Positions 19,266 through 29,134 of a stretch of DNA of 64,000 nt are shown in pieces. Within the stretch, counting starts at the first letter, position 1. Each line of letters starts with the position of its first letter. A model generated the notes under the pieces. It had not been told where the DNA came from. It did not search any database and was given only the letters and a program-made list of their open reading frames with translations. The DNA lies in contig CAXXMD010000003.1 in assembly GCA_963675755.2 (NCBI GenBank), positions 1,216,001-1,280,000 on the forward strand. The letters are read 5' to 3'. The DNA comes from a bacterium. GTDB lineage: Bacteria; Zhuqueibacterota; Zhuqueibacteria; Residuimicrobiales; Krinioviventaceae. A program made the position numbers and the translations under genes.

Positions 19266-19844
19266 ATGAAAAGACTTGTTACATTACTCTCATTTTTGTG
19301 TATCTCTTTTCCACTGTTTTACATTGATGGAACCAATGCAAACCAGAGTAGTGAGGTTTATTTTACTCCCGAAGAAATCCGCAACGAAATAAGACAAATC
19401 AGCAGCTATAACATTCAAGCACCCGAATTTCCGGAACATTTGGACTGGTTCAATACCAAAGAACGAATTGCATTATCTGACCTGAAAGGACAGATTATTA
19501 TAGTCAATTTCTGGACTTTTGGCAGCACAAAAGCGATGGAACAACACAAACAGTTAAAAGCAATCAAGGCAAAATATCGCGACCAGGTCAGGTTTATTGA
19601 TGTACAATCCCCAAATTTTTACAATAATCTTGATCGTAACAACATTCAAGACGCCATTAAAAAATATAAAATAGATACACCGGTAGTATTTGACCGTGAC
19701 AATCGAATCCGTCAGGCTTTTAATGTGCACCATTATCCTACATTTGTAATTCTTAACCAACAGGGCCAATATGCCGGTTACTTGTCCGGACTGGACAAAA
19801 TCCGCTTACTGGAAACCTACATTAACAGTATATTATCTCTCTAG
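19266..19844 (+). CDS. Exported TlpA/redoxin-fold protein lacking the active-site cysteines
   Basis: APEFP..LDWFNT...L.DLKG.IIIVNFWT, PVVFD and YPT motifs; the CxxC position reads GSTKA. TTGATA-N17-TATACT at 19193-19221. Confidence 0.75.
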   Translation: MKRLVTLLSFLCISFPLFYIDGTNANQSSEVYFTPEEIRNEIRQISSYNIQAPEFPEHLDWFNTKERIALSDLKGQIIIVNFWTFGSTKAMEQHKQLKAIKAKYRDQVRFIDVQSPNFYNNLDRNNIQDAIKKYKIDTPVVFDRDNRIRQAFNVHHYPTFVILNQQGQYAGYLSGLDKIRLLETYINSILSL

Positions 19845-19876
19845 TATATATTTTTCTCCCAAAACATAAAAATCTA

Positions 19877-19905
19877 TTGACATGACTCTACAGTTTATGT
19901 ATAAT
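19877..19905 (+). promoter_or_regulatory. Consensus sigma70 promoter
   Basis: Perfect TTGACA-N17-TATAAT upstream of 19982. Confidence 0.7.
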
Positions 19906-19981
19906 TAAGTAGAGACCTTTGACATTCCCTTCTATTCTGGTAGTATGACATGGCATAACCACAAAAAAAACGGAGGTTGCC

Positions 19982-20734
19982 ATGACAACAAGACAAAATG
20001 AACAACTCAATTGGGACCGTTTGGTTAAAAGCCAGGTCGCCATTTGGGAGATCAAGCAACAAATCAAAAAACACCAAATCCATCATCCTCAAGACAGCCT
20101 CTTTCAAAAATCCGTAATCACCATTTCAAGAACACATGGTGCAGGCGGTGATGCAGTTGCACATGAAATTTCCAAAATTCTAAACTGGCCGGTTTATGAT
20201 AAAGAACTTGTAGAGTACATTGCACAAACCGGGCAGGTGCGCAACCGCGTCATTGAAGATCTTGACGAACGCAGACAGAGTGAAACCCAAAATTTTGTCC
20301 AAACAATGCTAAGCAAACAATCCATTGGTATGGACAAATATTTCAAACTCCTTCATGATGTCATTGCGGTCATTGCCCAGGAAGGTCAGGCCATTATCAT
20401 TGGGCGCGGCAGCCATTTGATAGTTGATCCCAAACGGGCAATGCGTGTCATGATCACCGCACCTATGGAATGGAGGATTGAACGCGTTGCACGCGAAAAA
20501 GGCTTGTCTATTAAAGAAGCACGTAAAACGGTTTCTCTGGTTGACAGCAACCGCTTTGCTTTCATTCAACGCTATTTTCATCGTAGTGCGAATGACCATG
20601 CATCCTACGATCTTGTGCTGAACGCAGAGAATCTGCCTCCCCAGACTTCAGCCAGAATTATCATCAATGCGCTGAGCACAAAACTGGGAATGCAGAAAAC
20701 ACAGGAAATCATGCAAAACGAGGCGGTTTATTGA
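19982..20734 (+). CDS. Cytidylate kinase-like family protein (Cytidylate_kin2)
   Basis: VITISR..GAGG..VA, IIGRG, D..R..F...YF, YDLVLN. Confidence 0.85.
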   Translation: MTTRQNEQLNWDRLVKSQVAIWEIKQQIKKHQIHHPQDSLFQKSVITISRTHGAGGDAVAHEISKILNWPVYDKELVEYIAQTGQVRNRVIEDLDERRQSETQNFVQTMLSKQSIGMDKYFKLLHDVIAVIAQEGQAIIIGRGSHLIVDPKRAMRVMITAPMEWRIERVAREKGLSIKEARKTVSLVDSNRFAFIQRYFHRSANDHASYDLVLNAENLPPQTSARIIINALSTKLGMQKTQEIMQNEAVY

Positions 20735-22503
20735 TCTGCAGATGGTTTGGTTAGAAAATCACGTAATCCCTTGATCACGGCTCCCGAGAGTTGATGCAAA
20801 AATTTGGGATCAGTAAATTTTTGTTCTTCATCGGGATGGGAGAGAAATGCGCCTTCAATGAGCAAAACCGGCATATCCGTAACCCGGGTTATGTAATAAG
20901 AATTATATATTCGGCCATAAGGCGCTAATCCCAGATCTACCATATACGGATAGATAGCCCAGGCTAAATCTTTATTGTGTGGATGATAAAAGTAAACGCT
21001 TGTACCACGCGCGCTCAGGGCATTTCCTCCGGGGGTTGTAGAATTATTATGCAAGGATAACAGTAAATGTGCTTTTTGTCTGCGGGCAATATCCACCCGT
21101 TCTTTTAATGATACGGTTTCATCCGCATTACGAGTCAATACTACCTGCGCTCCATATTTTTCCAAACTGTCTTTTAAAACCTGCGCCCACAGCAAATTTA
21201 CTTCTTTTTCCAAAAAACCCATAGGACCCACTGCCCCTTCATATTCACCACCATGCCCCGGATCCAAAACCAGGGTCAAGCCTTTAAGAAATGAGCTATC
21301 CTGAACATTCGGTCTTTCCGGTGCTTTTAATATCTTTACATGATATCCGGATTCATCATAATGAACACAAAATCCCCAATAATCTTTGCTTTCCGGGGTA
21401 ATACTTGCCTGCAGAATCCCCTCTTCAGGATATGAAAACGCTACATTCTTAATACCTGTGTCAATATTAGGATACGTAATCCAATGAGAACTTTGCTGCG
21501 CCCCATACCACGTTAGCACAATATCTTTACTTGCGGGATCAGAAGCAATGGTGACAGGTACCTGTATATCCGCAGAGAAACGTAATTTTAAATATTGTTC
21601 ATCAAATGCCAGTATAGGAGCGGAAATTCTGGCTCTGGGTATATCGGTTCCCCATGACAGCAAGGTAACTTTTTGGTCGTCTACATATCCATATTTACCG
21701 TGCCCCAACCGCACTTTGAACCGGTCTCCGGTTTTCCCAACAATATGCAGCAGTGTTTCTTCCTGCATAAGAGATTTGGGAATGAAACCATCCGCTGTAT
21801 TCAACAGCCAGGTTTCCTCTCTCGTCTCAGCCACAACCGGAACATCATCAGACATGATAAATACCTGACCAGACAGTTTTATCTTTTTTCGTTTTCCATC
21901 TTTACCACGCAATTCACATTCTATATCTAGTGGACGGTTTCGCGGGCCATCATGTACCTGCACAATACCGCTGTAAATCCCCCGCATACCAAATGCTTTA
22001 CCCGGTGGCAGCTCTATCATGGGCACTTCGTCCGCAATCTTTTCAATAGAAAATCTGGCATCTCCACCAGGAGTACCTTTAAATTTAACGCGAACATAAT
22101 CTCCGGGCAGTACCATCACATCTTTATCCGGTACCTGGTACAGCGTGTCAATTACGGTTTCTACTGTATCTGTTTCAACCAGCTTGGGTGGACGTAAAAC
22201 AACAATTTCTTGTACTGTTTGCTGATCGCCCTTGTTCGCACGGACACGGATCAGATTTTCACCATCCTCCAGTTCAACACGGGTGACAAAAGCACCATAT
22301 GGATAAACCTTGACAGGCTTGTCATTAACATACACATGCGCTCCGGGCAGGGTATTGCCTGACAGCCTCACCTTTTCCAAAGAAAATGTGTCGGGATTTG
22401 ATGGGAATGTAATATTGAGGGAAAGTGACGCATCTGCATACAGCGGCATTGTCATAACAATAATAATCAGGGCTACAGCATAAATCCGTTTCAAATCAGT
22501 CAC
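20728..22503 (-). CDS. N-acetylmuramoyl-L-alanine amidase (Amidase_3) with N-terminal Ig/SH3/AMIN-like domains
   Basis: LDPGHGG, EK..NL, LTR, SLHNN, LIEGAFLS; signal peptide. Confidence 0.9.
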   Translation of the reverse strand: MTDLKRIYAVALIIIVMTMPLYADASLSLNITFPSNPDTFSLEKVRLSGNTLPGAHVYVNDKPVKVYPYGAFVTRVELEDGENLIRVRANKGDQQTVQEIVVLRPPKLVETDTVETVIDTLYQVPDKDVMVLPGDYVRVKFKGTPGGDARFSIEKIADEVPMIELPPGKAFGMRGIYSGIVQVHDGPRNRPLDIECELRGKDGKRKKIKLSGQVFIMSDDVPVVAETREETWLLNTADGFIPKSLMQEETLLHIVGKTGDRFKVRLGHGKYGYVDDQKVTLLSWGTDIPRARISAPILAFDEQYLKLRFSADIQVPVTIASDPASKDIVLTWYGAQQSSHWITYPNIDTGIKNVAFSYPEEGILQASITPESKDYWGFCVHYDESGYHVKILKAPERPNVQDSSFLKGLTLVLDPGHGGEYEGAVGPMGFLEKEVNLLWAQVLKDSLEKYGAQVVLTRNADETVSLKERVDIARRQKAHLLLSLHNNSTTPGGNALSARGTSVYFYHPHNKDLAWAIYPYMVDLGLAPYGRIYNSYYITRVTDMPVLLIEGAFLSHPDEEQKFTDPKFLHQLSGAVIKGLRDFLTKPSADQ

Positions 22504-22511
22504 CTTTCAAT

Positions 22512-22548
22512 AAAAAAACAGCCGCACTCGGGGAAACAGTACGGCTGT
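22512..22548 (-). terminator. Intrinsic terminator between dsbD and the amidase
   Basis: Minus strand ACAGCCGTACT...AGTGCGGCTGT followed by a T-run. Confidence 0.6.
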
Positions 22549-22580
22549 AAAATAACAAAATTTACGGATTTTGCAAAAGA

Positions 22581-24398
22581 TTATTCTGCGGCAAGCCCTG
22601 CCTGCATGCTCTTTACAAACTGTTCGGGACCAACAAATCCAATTTCTCGCAGATCAGTCAGCACTTTACCACCCGGAGAAATGAACACCAGGGTAGGCAT
22701 TCCCGTCACATTAAACCGCTGCATAACAGATTTGATCTGATCATCCGGCGTTGTACAATCCACTTTGATCATATGATATTCCTGAGCAGCTTCCACAACG
22801 GCTTTATCTCGAAAAGTTACACGGTCTAGCTGCTTACATGGCGCACACCAGTCCGCGAAAAAATCAATAAATACCGGCTTTTCATCATCAATATAGGTCT
22901 GGATATCCTGATCATGCAATTTTATCCACTCAATTTCAGAAGCTTTAGATACAATTGCGCCCTGTGTCCACATGATACCCAGAACCACCAAAATCACACC
23001 AACCACACCACGGAATATCTTGAATGTTTTTGTGTATCCCGGTGCATGGTCCAAAAAGCCCAGCAACAGGCCGCCAAAAATTCCCAGCACACCTGCCAGA
23101 AATGCAAATTTATCATAAATACGTTCAAGCTGTGGTATGATGAAATAGAATGCAACACCAATCAGCATAATAGCAAACAGCTTGCGCACCCAAACCATCC
23201 ACATACCGGATTGCGGTAGTTTTTCCAACAATCCTGAAAAAGTCGCCAGTATGAGATAAGGTAACCCAAGTCCCAGTCCCATTACAAAGAACAACAAGGT
23301 TCCTTTAACCACCAGCCCGAGTTTGGCTACCAAACCTACAAGTCCTATAATAATACCCGCCGCACAGGGAGCGATCACAACGCCCACTGTCAGCCCCATA
23401 ATAAAAGCGCCAACAATACCTTCGCGGCTTTTACCGACCCTGTTCATCAACCAGTTGGGAACGGTAATTTCAAATGCGCCAAACAAACTCGCAGCCATGG
23501 CAAGAATGATGGTGGCAATCACAACCACAAACCAGGGACTCTGGAATAGAAATCCCCATTGCTTGCCAGCTAATCCCGAAATTAATCCCAAAAGGGCAAA
23601 AGCAATGGCAATACCAATCTGGTACAACAATGCCGAAGCAAATGCAGAACCTCGGCTCTTGCCGGACTGTCCGCCAAAATAGCTCACCGTCATGGGAATC
23701 ACGGGGTACACACACGGTGTCAGGTTAAGTGCCAGACCAATTCCAAAGAAAGCGATAATAGCGTAAAAGATCCCTTTTTCAATAATTTCACGCGCCCGCT
23801 GTTCATCCGCGGTCAAAGCACCTGAATCATACGTTGTTTCTACTGTTTCCTGGACATCAGCAATCACACCGGCAAAATAATCCTGATTGATCTTTTCAAC
23901 GGGTGTTCCGGCTGGTACAACCTCAATCTCTACCGTAAAGGCTTCCTCACCGGGAGCAAAGCACATGGTATCATTACATCCCTGGTAAGACACCTGACCT
24001 TTTACAGTCAGCTTTCCTGTCTCCAATGTGGATGCTGTTGTCACATGAGTTACGATAACAACTTTACCCTCATAGACCGCTATCTTTTCATCGGAAAAAG
24101 AAAAGGCTTTCAACTCATGGGGTGGATAAACCGGAGTACTGAAATCCATACCCGGCAGAGAATCCAACGCAACCACGGTAGGAATGTAATACTCGCCTGA
24201 GGGAGTGTGCGAGTTGATGTGCAGTTCATCTTCTATATCCAGAACAATGGCAATATCAAACTCGCCTCCTGGTACAACCGCGCTTTGCGAACTGTATGCG
24301 GAGGCTTCCAGTATTTTATCCGGCCCAAACTGGGCAAAACCATTTACTGCGAATAACAACAGCATTGGTATCCATAAACTTTTCAATACGCTTTTCAT
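22581..24398 (-). CDS. dsbD: Thiol:disulfide interchange protein (DsbD-like)
   Basis: YQGCNDTMC (alpha domain), LTPCVYP and APC (TM domain), WCAPC thioredoxin domain. Confidence 0.9.
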   Translation of the reverse strand: MKSVLKSLWIPMLLLFAVNGFAQFGPDKILEASAYSSQSAVVPGGEFDIAIVLDIEDELHINSHTPSGEYYIPTVVALDSLPGMDFSTPVYPPHELKAFSFSDEKIAVYEGKVVIVTHVTTASTLETGKLTVKGQVSYQGCNDTMCFAPGEEAFTVEIEVVPAGTPVEKINQDYFAGVIADVQETVETTYDSGALTADEQRAREIIEKGIFYAIIAFFGIGLALNLTPCVYPVIPMTVSYFGGQSGKSRGSAFASALLYQIGIAIAFALLGLISGLAGKQWGFLFQSPWFVVVIATIILAMAASLFGAFEITVPNWLMNRVGKSREGIVGAFIMGLTVGVVIAPCAAGIIIGLVGLVAKLGLVVKGTLLFFVMGLGLGLPYLILATFSGLLEKLPQSGMWMVWVRKLFAIMLIGVAFYFIIPQLERIYDKFAFLAGVLGIFGGLLLGFLDHAPGYTKTFKIFRGVVGVILVVLGIMWTQGAIVSKASEIEWIKLHDQDIQTYIDDEKPVFIDFFADWCAPCKQLDRVTFRDKAVVEAAQEYHMIKVDCTTPDDQIKSVMQRFNVTGMPTLVFISPGGKVLTDLREIGFVGPEQFVKSMQAGLAAE

Positions 24399-24477
24399 TC
24401 CATTCCTCAATTTTTTTCACATCTTTATTAACACGCTAACAATAACAACTATTCATCGTATAATTTAGATGCTGAAT

Positions 24478-25017
24478 TTACATTTGGGATTCATCTTTCC
24501 AGCGGGTTATGCGCCATTTATCGTCATAATCGCTTTTTTTAAAATTGAAAATAGCACTTCCGGTCAGACTAAACTCGCCAGCACTGCCAAACATGACCAA
24601 CTGTAACGTTTTAGAGACCTCGGCTGTATTTTCACCCTCTTCTTCATAGATGGTGGAATTCCAGGTCAGGGTAATGGTCTCAAAACTTTTGAAAAGTCGC
24701 CCTGTGGTTTTCAAATCGATATCGCGTCCCCAGGAGACAAAACGTCCCGAACTGCCCAAATTGGGATCAAAATAGACAAAAACGAACGAGCTGTCTAATA
24801 TGTCTGCATATACCAATGAATCTTTAAAAGTATAAGCATATACAAAATTCTGCAACACTTCTTCCGGAGTAGCCTGTTCCGTAATGACATACCCCTCTTC
24901 ACCTGAGCGATCAAGTTTAGGCGCAAAAGGATTGAAACAGCCAACTATTGCTGTAAGCAGAATCAAAATTATAAATAAATAACGTGGTTTCACAAAACAC
25001 CATAATTGTAGAATCAA
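24478..25017 (-). CDS. Hypothetical lipoprotein (NTF2-like)
   Basis: Lipobox IVGC-FNPF; C-terminal W.I.RW.D; resembles 53652..54290. Confidence 0.65.
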   Translation of the reverse strand: MILQLWCFVKPRYLFIILILLTAIVGCFNPFAPKLDRSGEEGYVITEQATPEEVLQNFVYAYTFKDSLVYADILDSSFVFVYFDPNLGSSGRFVSWGRDIDLKTTGRLFKSFETITLTWNSTIYEEEGENTAEVSKTLQLVMFGSAGEFSLTGSAIFNFKKSDYDDKWRITRWKDESQM

Positions 25018-25305
25018 CCTCTTTTCTAATTAACGCAATTATAGGGTATTTCTCAAGTTAAATTTATAATAAGGATGGTATGTTGCTGGGAGTAACAAAT
25101 TGAATACAACTTTTAATAAATTAATCAATACAACCAACTTTAGATACACAGCACAAATAAAAATTTAGTCTCTAAAAAAAATATGATTGCTTCTAATAAT
25201 AATTTTCCTTTTATTTATCATATATAAGGGGAATTCTTTCTTTTATAAATTTACAAAATTTTTTCTATCTAACTAAAAATTATACCAATCACTATTGGAG
25301 GGAGC

Positions 25306-28300
25306 ATGAAGCGTTCAGTTTGGTTAATTTGTTTATTCTTGTGTATTGTTGTCAACAGCTTGGCACAGCAACCGGGGGAATTGAAATGGAAATATAAAGA
25401 CACGAATGTCCCGTATGTACATATGCCCTGTATTGGACTTGATGGGTCAATATACATAACATCTGAAGATTCTACATTTTTAATATCCATTGATCAGGAT
25501 GGAAAATTAAAATGGAAAAATTATTTAGGTTATCAAATTCAATTTACCACGCCATCTATAGGTATGGATGGTTCAATATATATTGCAAGATCACAGGGTG
25601 ATCTTTTAGCTTTTAATCCTGATGGAAGTATAAATTGGACATATGAATTAAATCCCGGAATTATGCAATTTCCTGCGCCGCCGGCAATTGGCAGTAATAA
25701 TGAAATTTACATAAGGGGTGATAATGAGTGCTTAATTGCTTTAAACAGTGATGGATCCTTTTTATGGAAAGAAAATTTACATAGTACTGGTTCAGGACCC
25801 GTTATTGGAACGGATGGATCCCTTTATTTAAAAACACCAGCAATACAGATACGTAATCCTGAAGGTCGGCTAAAATATGATTCCTCCCCTGAAATAACCC
25901 GCAGTTCTTTACCCATAATTAATTCAGATGGTACATATTATCTTATTTTTGGTGGTTACCTAAATGCTTTTTATCCTGACGGATCAATCAGATGGAGAGC
26001 AGCGCTCACTGGTAGTAATTATTTAAAACCGCTAATTGATTCAGATGGTAATATTTTAGTATTCCAAAATAGATTAAACATGTATTCCTTTTCTCCGAGT
26101 GGAGATTTGAATTGGAAAGTAGATATTGATCCGGATATAAACATAACAGACTGGGTATTGGGAGACAATAATATCGTCTATGGATTAACATATTCAGGCG
26201 CTGCTGCAATAGATTTTTCGGGGAATTTATTATGGGACTACGATACATCTATTGATGTTATTTCATCAAAGCTAAACATGGATAATAATGGGGTATTATA
26301 TTTTTGTGCTTCTGATTCTAATCTATATGCCATTCAAACATCCAGTACAGGACTGGCTAAAAGCACATGGCCAAAAGAATATGGAGATTTACACAATAGA
26401 AGCAATACCTATAATCCCTCAAGCCCTGTTGCATTAACCTCATTAGACACGCTTTTTATTCAACCATTCAACACGGTGATATTAGACGCAAGTAATTCTT
26501 TTGATCCTGAAGGAGATGCCCTCACATATAAATGGTCTCTGGTCAAGAAACCAACAGGCGGAATGGCAGCATTTTCAGATTCCAATTCAGTTATTACAGA
26601 AGTGACTTTTACTGAACAAATATATGGAACCTATGTATTTGGTGTCGTTGTAACCGATTCTGACAATAACGTTTCCGGATCAAACATTGTTGTTAAATAT
26701 GAACCCTTGAATTGGTCAGTCAATTTAACAGAAAATCAAACATCCCCGGCAATGAGTCTGGATGGAACCTTGTTTGTAGGATGCGATGATGGTACGCTGT
26801 ATGCAATAAACAATGATGGATCAATCAAATGGAGCTTTACAACAAATGGGAAAATCCTGTCTGATCCTGTTATTGGTATTGATGAAACCGTATTGATTGG
26901 CTCAGATGATGGCTATCTATATGCCATAGATTTACTCGGAAATTTAAAATGGAAATATTCTGGCGAGTTCGAAGCCATGCATTCACCCACAATCCTTCCG
27001 GATAGTACAATTTGGATCGCATTCAATGACCGGTATATTCATACATTGAATCCGGATGGCACCTTGAAATGCAAATTCCGCATAAATACAACAGTATCAA
27101 GCGCTCCCGTGTTTGATGGTGACAGCACCATATATTTCGGAACCAATCATTTATATGCTTTAGGAATAAATGATACTCTGAAATGGGAATTTGATCTAAG
27201 GTCAACTGCCACCTCAGAACCCATGTTGTCGTTGGACGGAACTGTTTTTATTGCAGATAGTAGTAATACATTATATGCAATATCAGAAAACAATCTGATT
27301 TGGGAATTTAAAGCCAATGGGATTATTGTTGGTTCTCCCATTACTGACGAAGAAGGTTGTGTTTATTTTGGCTCTGTTGATAGTGTAATATATGCATTAA
27401 AACCAGATGGTTTATTAAAATGGAAATATAAAACCGACGATCGTATTGTTGCCTCACCACTTTTGGGGGATGACGGTCGAATCTATATTGGCTCAATAGA
27501 CGGATTTTTATATTCATTGAACACAGATGAAGGAATCCTGAATTGGAAATATCAGACAGGTCATATTGAATCTTCACCTGTTATGGATGATAATGGGAAT
27601 TTATATCTGACAAACAGTAATGGAAAATTGTATTCAATACAAACTGATGCAAACGGATTGGCGAATAGTGCTTGGCCCAAATTTCGGCAAAACAATTTAA
27701 ATTCCGGAAACTTGTATACTAAACCCTATGCAGAATTTGAAACGAATTTAAAAACCGGTTATAAACCGTTTACGGTTTCATTCACTGATCTTTCAAAAGG
27801 TTATATTACTGACTGGCTATGGGATTTTGGTGATGGAGAAATGAGTACAGATAGAAACCCAAAACACACTTTTACTGATGGCGGTACGTATACGGTTTCA
27901 TTAAAAGTAGAGGGTCCTTTTGGTTCTTCGTCTTGTGTGAACAATGATTTGATAAGCGTTATAACTGCCTCCCCAAATGTAGATTTTTCTACTGACACCA
28001 CAAGAGGTGTAATTCCTTTTCATGTTCAATTCACATCCCATTCTGATGACAATATTGTAGAGTGGTTGTGGGATTTTGGTGATAGTACAACAAGCTCAGA
28101 GCAAAATCCGGAACATATTTATCAATCAGCCGACACTTTAACAGTGTCTCTTACTGTTAAAAACAATCTTGGCTTGACAGAAACAATTGTTAAAGAAAAT
28201 TATATTATTGCCTCCGAACCCAAACCTACCGCTTATTTTGTTGCAGATACAACTTTTGGCCAAGTACCGTTTACCGTTCATTTTAGTGACAACTCGACAG

Positions 28301-29013
28301 GTACAATTTCTCAATGGAGTTGGTTCTTTGGAGATGATGAATCAAGTGCAGATCAGAACCCAACACATACATATACACAGGCCGATACATATACAGTCAA
28401 GCTTCAAGTCGGTGGAGCTTTTGGTTCTGATAACATAGTGCGTGAAAACTATATCATTGTTACTGACGCAAAACCTGTTGCTGCTTTTAATGCAGATTCT
28501 ACCTTTGGCTATATACCCTTTACGGTTCAATTTAATGATCTTTCAACAGGGAATGTTGATAATTGGTTATGGAACTTTGGGGATGGAACCACAAGCTCAG
28601 AGCAAAATCCGGAACATACCTTTACAACTGCAGATTCCTTTACAATCTCTTTAATCGTTTCCGGTATTGGTGGAGCGGATTCTCTTGTTAAGCAAAATTA
28701 TATCAAAGTTGATATCAATACAGTGATTCAAGATGATTTCCCGGTACCACAAAATTTCCAACTCTATCAAAACTATCCGAATCCCTTTAATCCGGTTAGC
28801 TGTATTACTTTTGATCTCCCTGAAACAGAATTCGTCGAGTTGAATATATACAATACTACCGGTCAGCTTGTTTCAACACTCATGAACGAATTAAAACAAG
28901 CCGGGCAATATAAAGTCTATTGGGATGCATCTTCGTTTCCAACGGGTATGTATTATTATAAAATTAAAGCTGGTGATCATATTGCTATTAAACGGATGGT
29001 TCTGGTAAAATAA
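25306..29013 (+). CDS. Secreted protein with PQQ-like beta-propeller repeats, PKD domains and C-terminal sorting domain
   Basis: Repeated SP....DG.IY.GS.DG.LYA...DG.LKW units; four WDFGDG/QNP.H PKD repeats plus one LDAS.S.DPEG domain; QNYPNPFNP...RMVLVK. Confidence 0.9.
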   Translation: MKRSVWLICLFLCIVVNSLAQQPGELKWKYKDTNVPYVHMPCIGLDGSIYITSEDSTFLISIDQDGKLKWKNYLGYQIQFTTPSIGMDGSIYIARSQGDLLAFNPDGSINWTYELNPGIMQFPAPPAIGSNNEIYIRGDNECLIALNSDGSFLWKENLHSTGSGPVIGTDGSLYLKTPAIQIRNPEGRLKYDSSPEITRSSLPIINSDGTYYLIFGGYLNAFYPDGSIRWRAALTGSNYLKPLIDSDGNILVFQNRLNMYSFSPSGDLNWKVDIDPDINITDWVLGDNNIVYGLTYSGAAAIDFSGNLLWDYDTSIDVISSKLNMDNNGVLYFCASDSNLYAIQTSSTGLAKSTWPKEYGDLHNRSNTYNPSSPVALTSLDTLFIQPFNTVILDASNSFDPEGDALTYKWSLVKKPTGGMAAFSDSNSVITEVTFTEQIYGTYVFGVVVTDSDNNVSGSNIVVKYEPLNWSVNLTENQTSPAMSLDGTLFVGCDDGTLYAINNDGSIKWSFTTNGKILSDPVIGIDETVLIGSDDGYLYAIDLLGNLKWKYSGEFEAMHSPTILPDSTIWIAFNDRYIHTLNPDGTLKCKFRINTTVSSAPVFDGDSTIYFGTNHLYALGINDTLKWEFDLRSTATSEPMLSLDGTVFIADSSNTLYAISENNLIWEFKANGIIVGSPITDEEGCVYFGSVDSVIYALKPDGLLKWKYKTDDRIVASPLLGDDGRIYIGSIDGFLYSLNTDEGILNWKYQTGHIESSPVMDDNGNLYLTNSNGKLYSIQTDANGLANSAWPKFRQNNLNSGNLYTKPYAEFETNLKTGYKPFTVSFTDLSKGYITDWLWDFGDGEMSTDRNPKHTFTDGGTYTVSLKVEGPFGSSSCVNNDLISVITASPNVDFSTDTTRGVIPFHVQFTSHSDDNIVEWLWDFGDSTTSSEQNPEHIYQSADTLTVSLTVKNNLGLTETIVKENYIIASEPKPTAYFVADTTFGQVPFTVHFSDNSTGTISQWSWFFGDDESSADQNPTHTYTQADTYTVKLQVGGAFGSDNIVRENYIIVTDAKPVAAFNADSTFGYIPFTVQFNDLSTGNVDNWLWNFGDGTTSSEQNPEHTFTTADSFTISLIVSGIGGADSLVKQNYIKVDINTVIQDDFPVPQNFQLYQNYPNPFNPVSCITFDLPETEFVELNIYNTTGQLVSTLMNELKQAGQYKVYWDASSFPTGMYYYKIKAGDHIAIKRMVLVK
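28090..28618 (+). repeat. 28-bp exact direct repeat in PKD-coding repeats
   Basis: ACAAGCTCAGAGCAAAATCCGGAACATA at 28090-28117 and 28591-28618. Confidence 0.7.
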
Positions 29014-29026
29014 TCAAAACTTTTAC

Positions 29027-29053
29027 TCCCCGGAAGTGAAGAGCTTCCGGGGA
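29027..29053. terminator. Hairpin between convergent genes
   Basis: TCCCCGGAAG...CTTCCGGGGA. Confidence 0.55.
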
Positions 29054-29134
29054 ATTCTATACGAATCTAAAATTAAAATCCCCGGTCAATTATTGTAAAA
29101 AATCAGATGATTATATTTTTTAGCATAACCCTCT

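Noticed and set aside
19500-19545. Selenocysteine recoding as an explanation for the missing CxxC
   Set aside because: The codons are GGC AGC ACA AAA GCG, with no in-frame TGA
27780-28700. Repeats in the PKD region as a CRISPR array or DGR template/variable pair
   Set aside because: They are in-frame protein domain repeats about 250 bp apart; no reverse transcriptase or cas genes, and no adenine-specific pattern noticed
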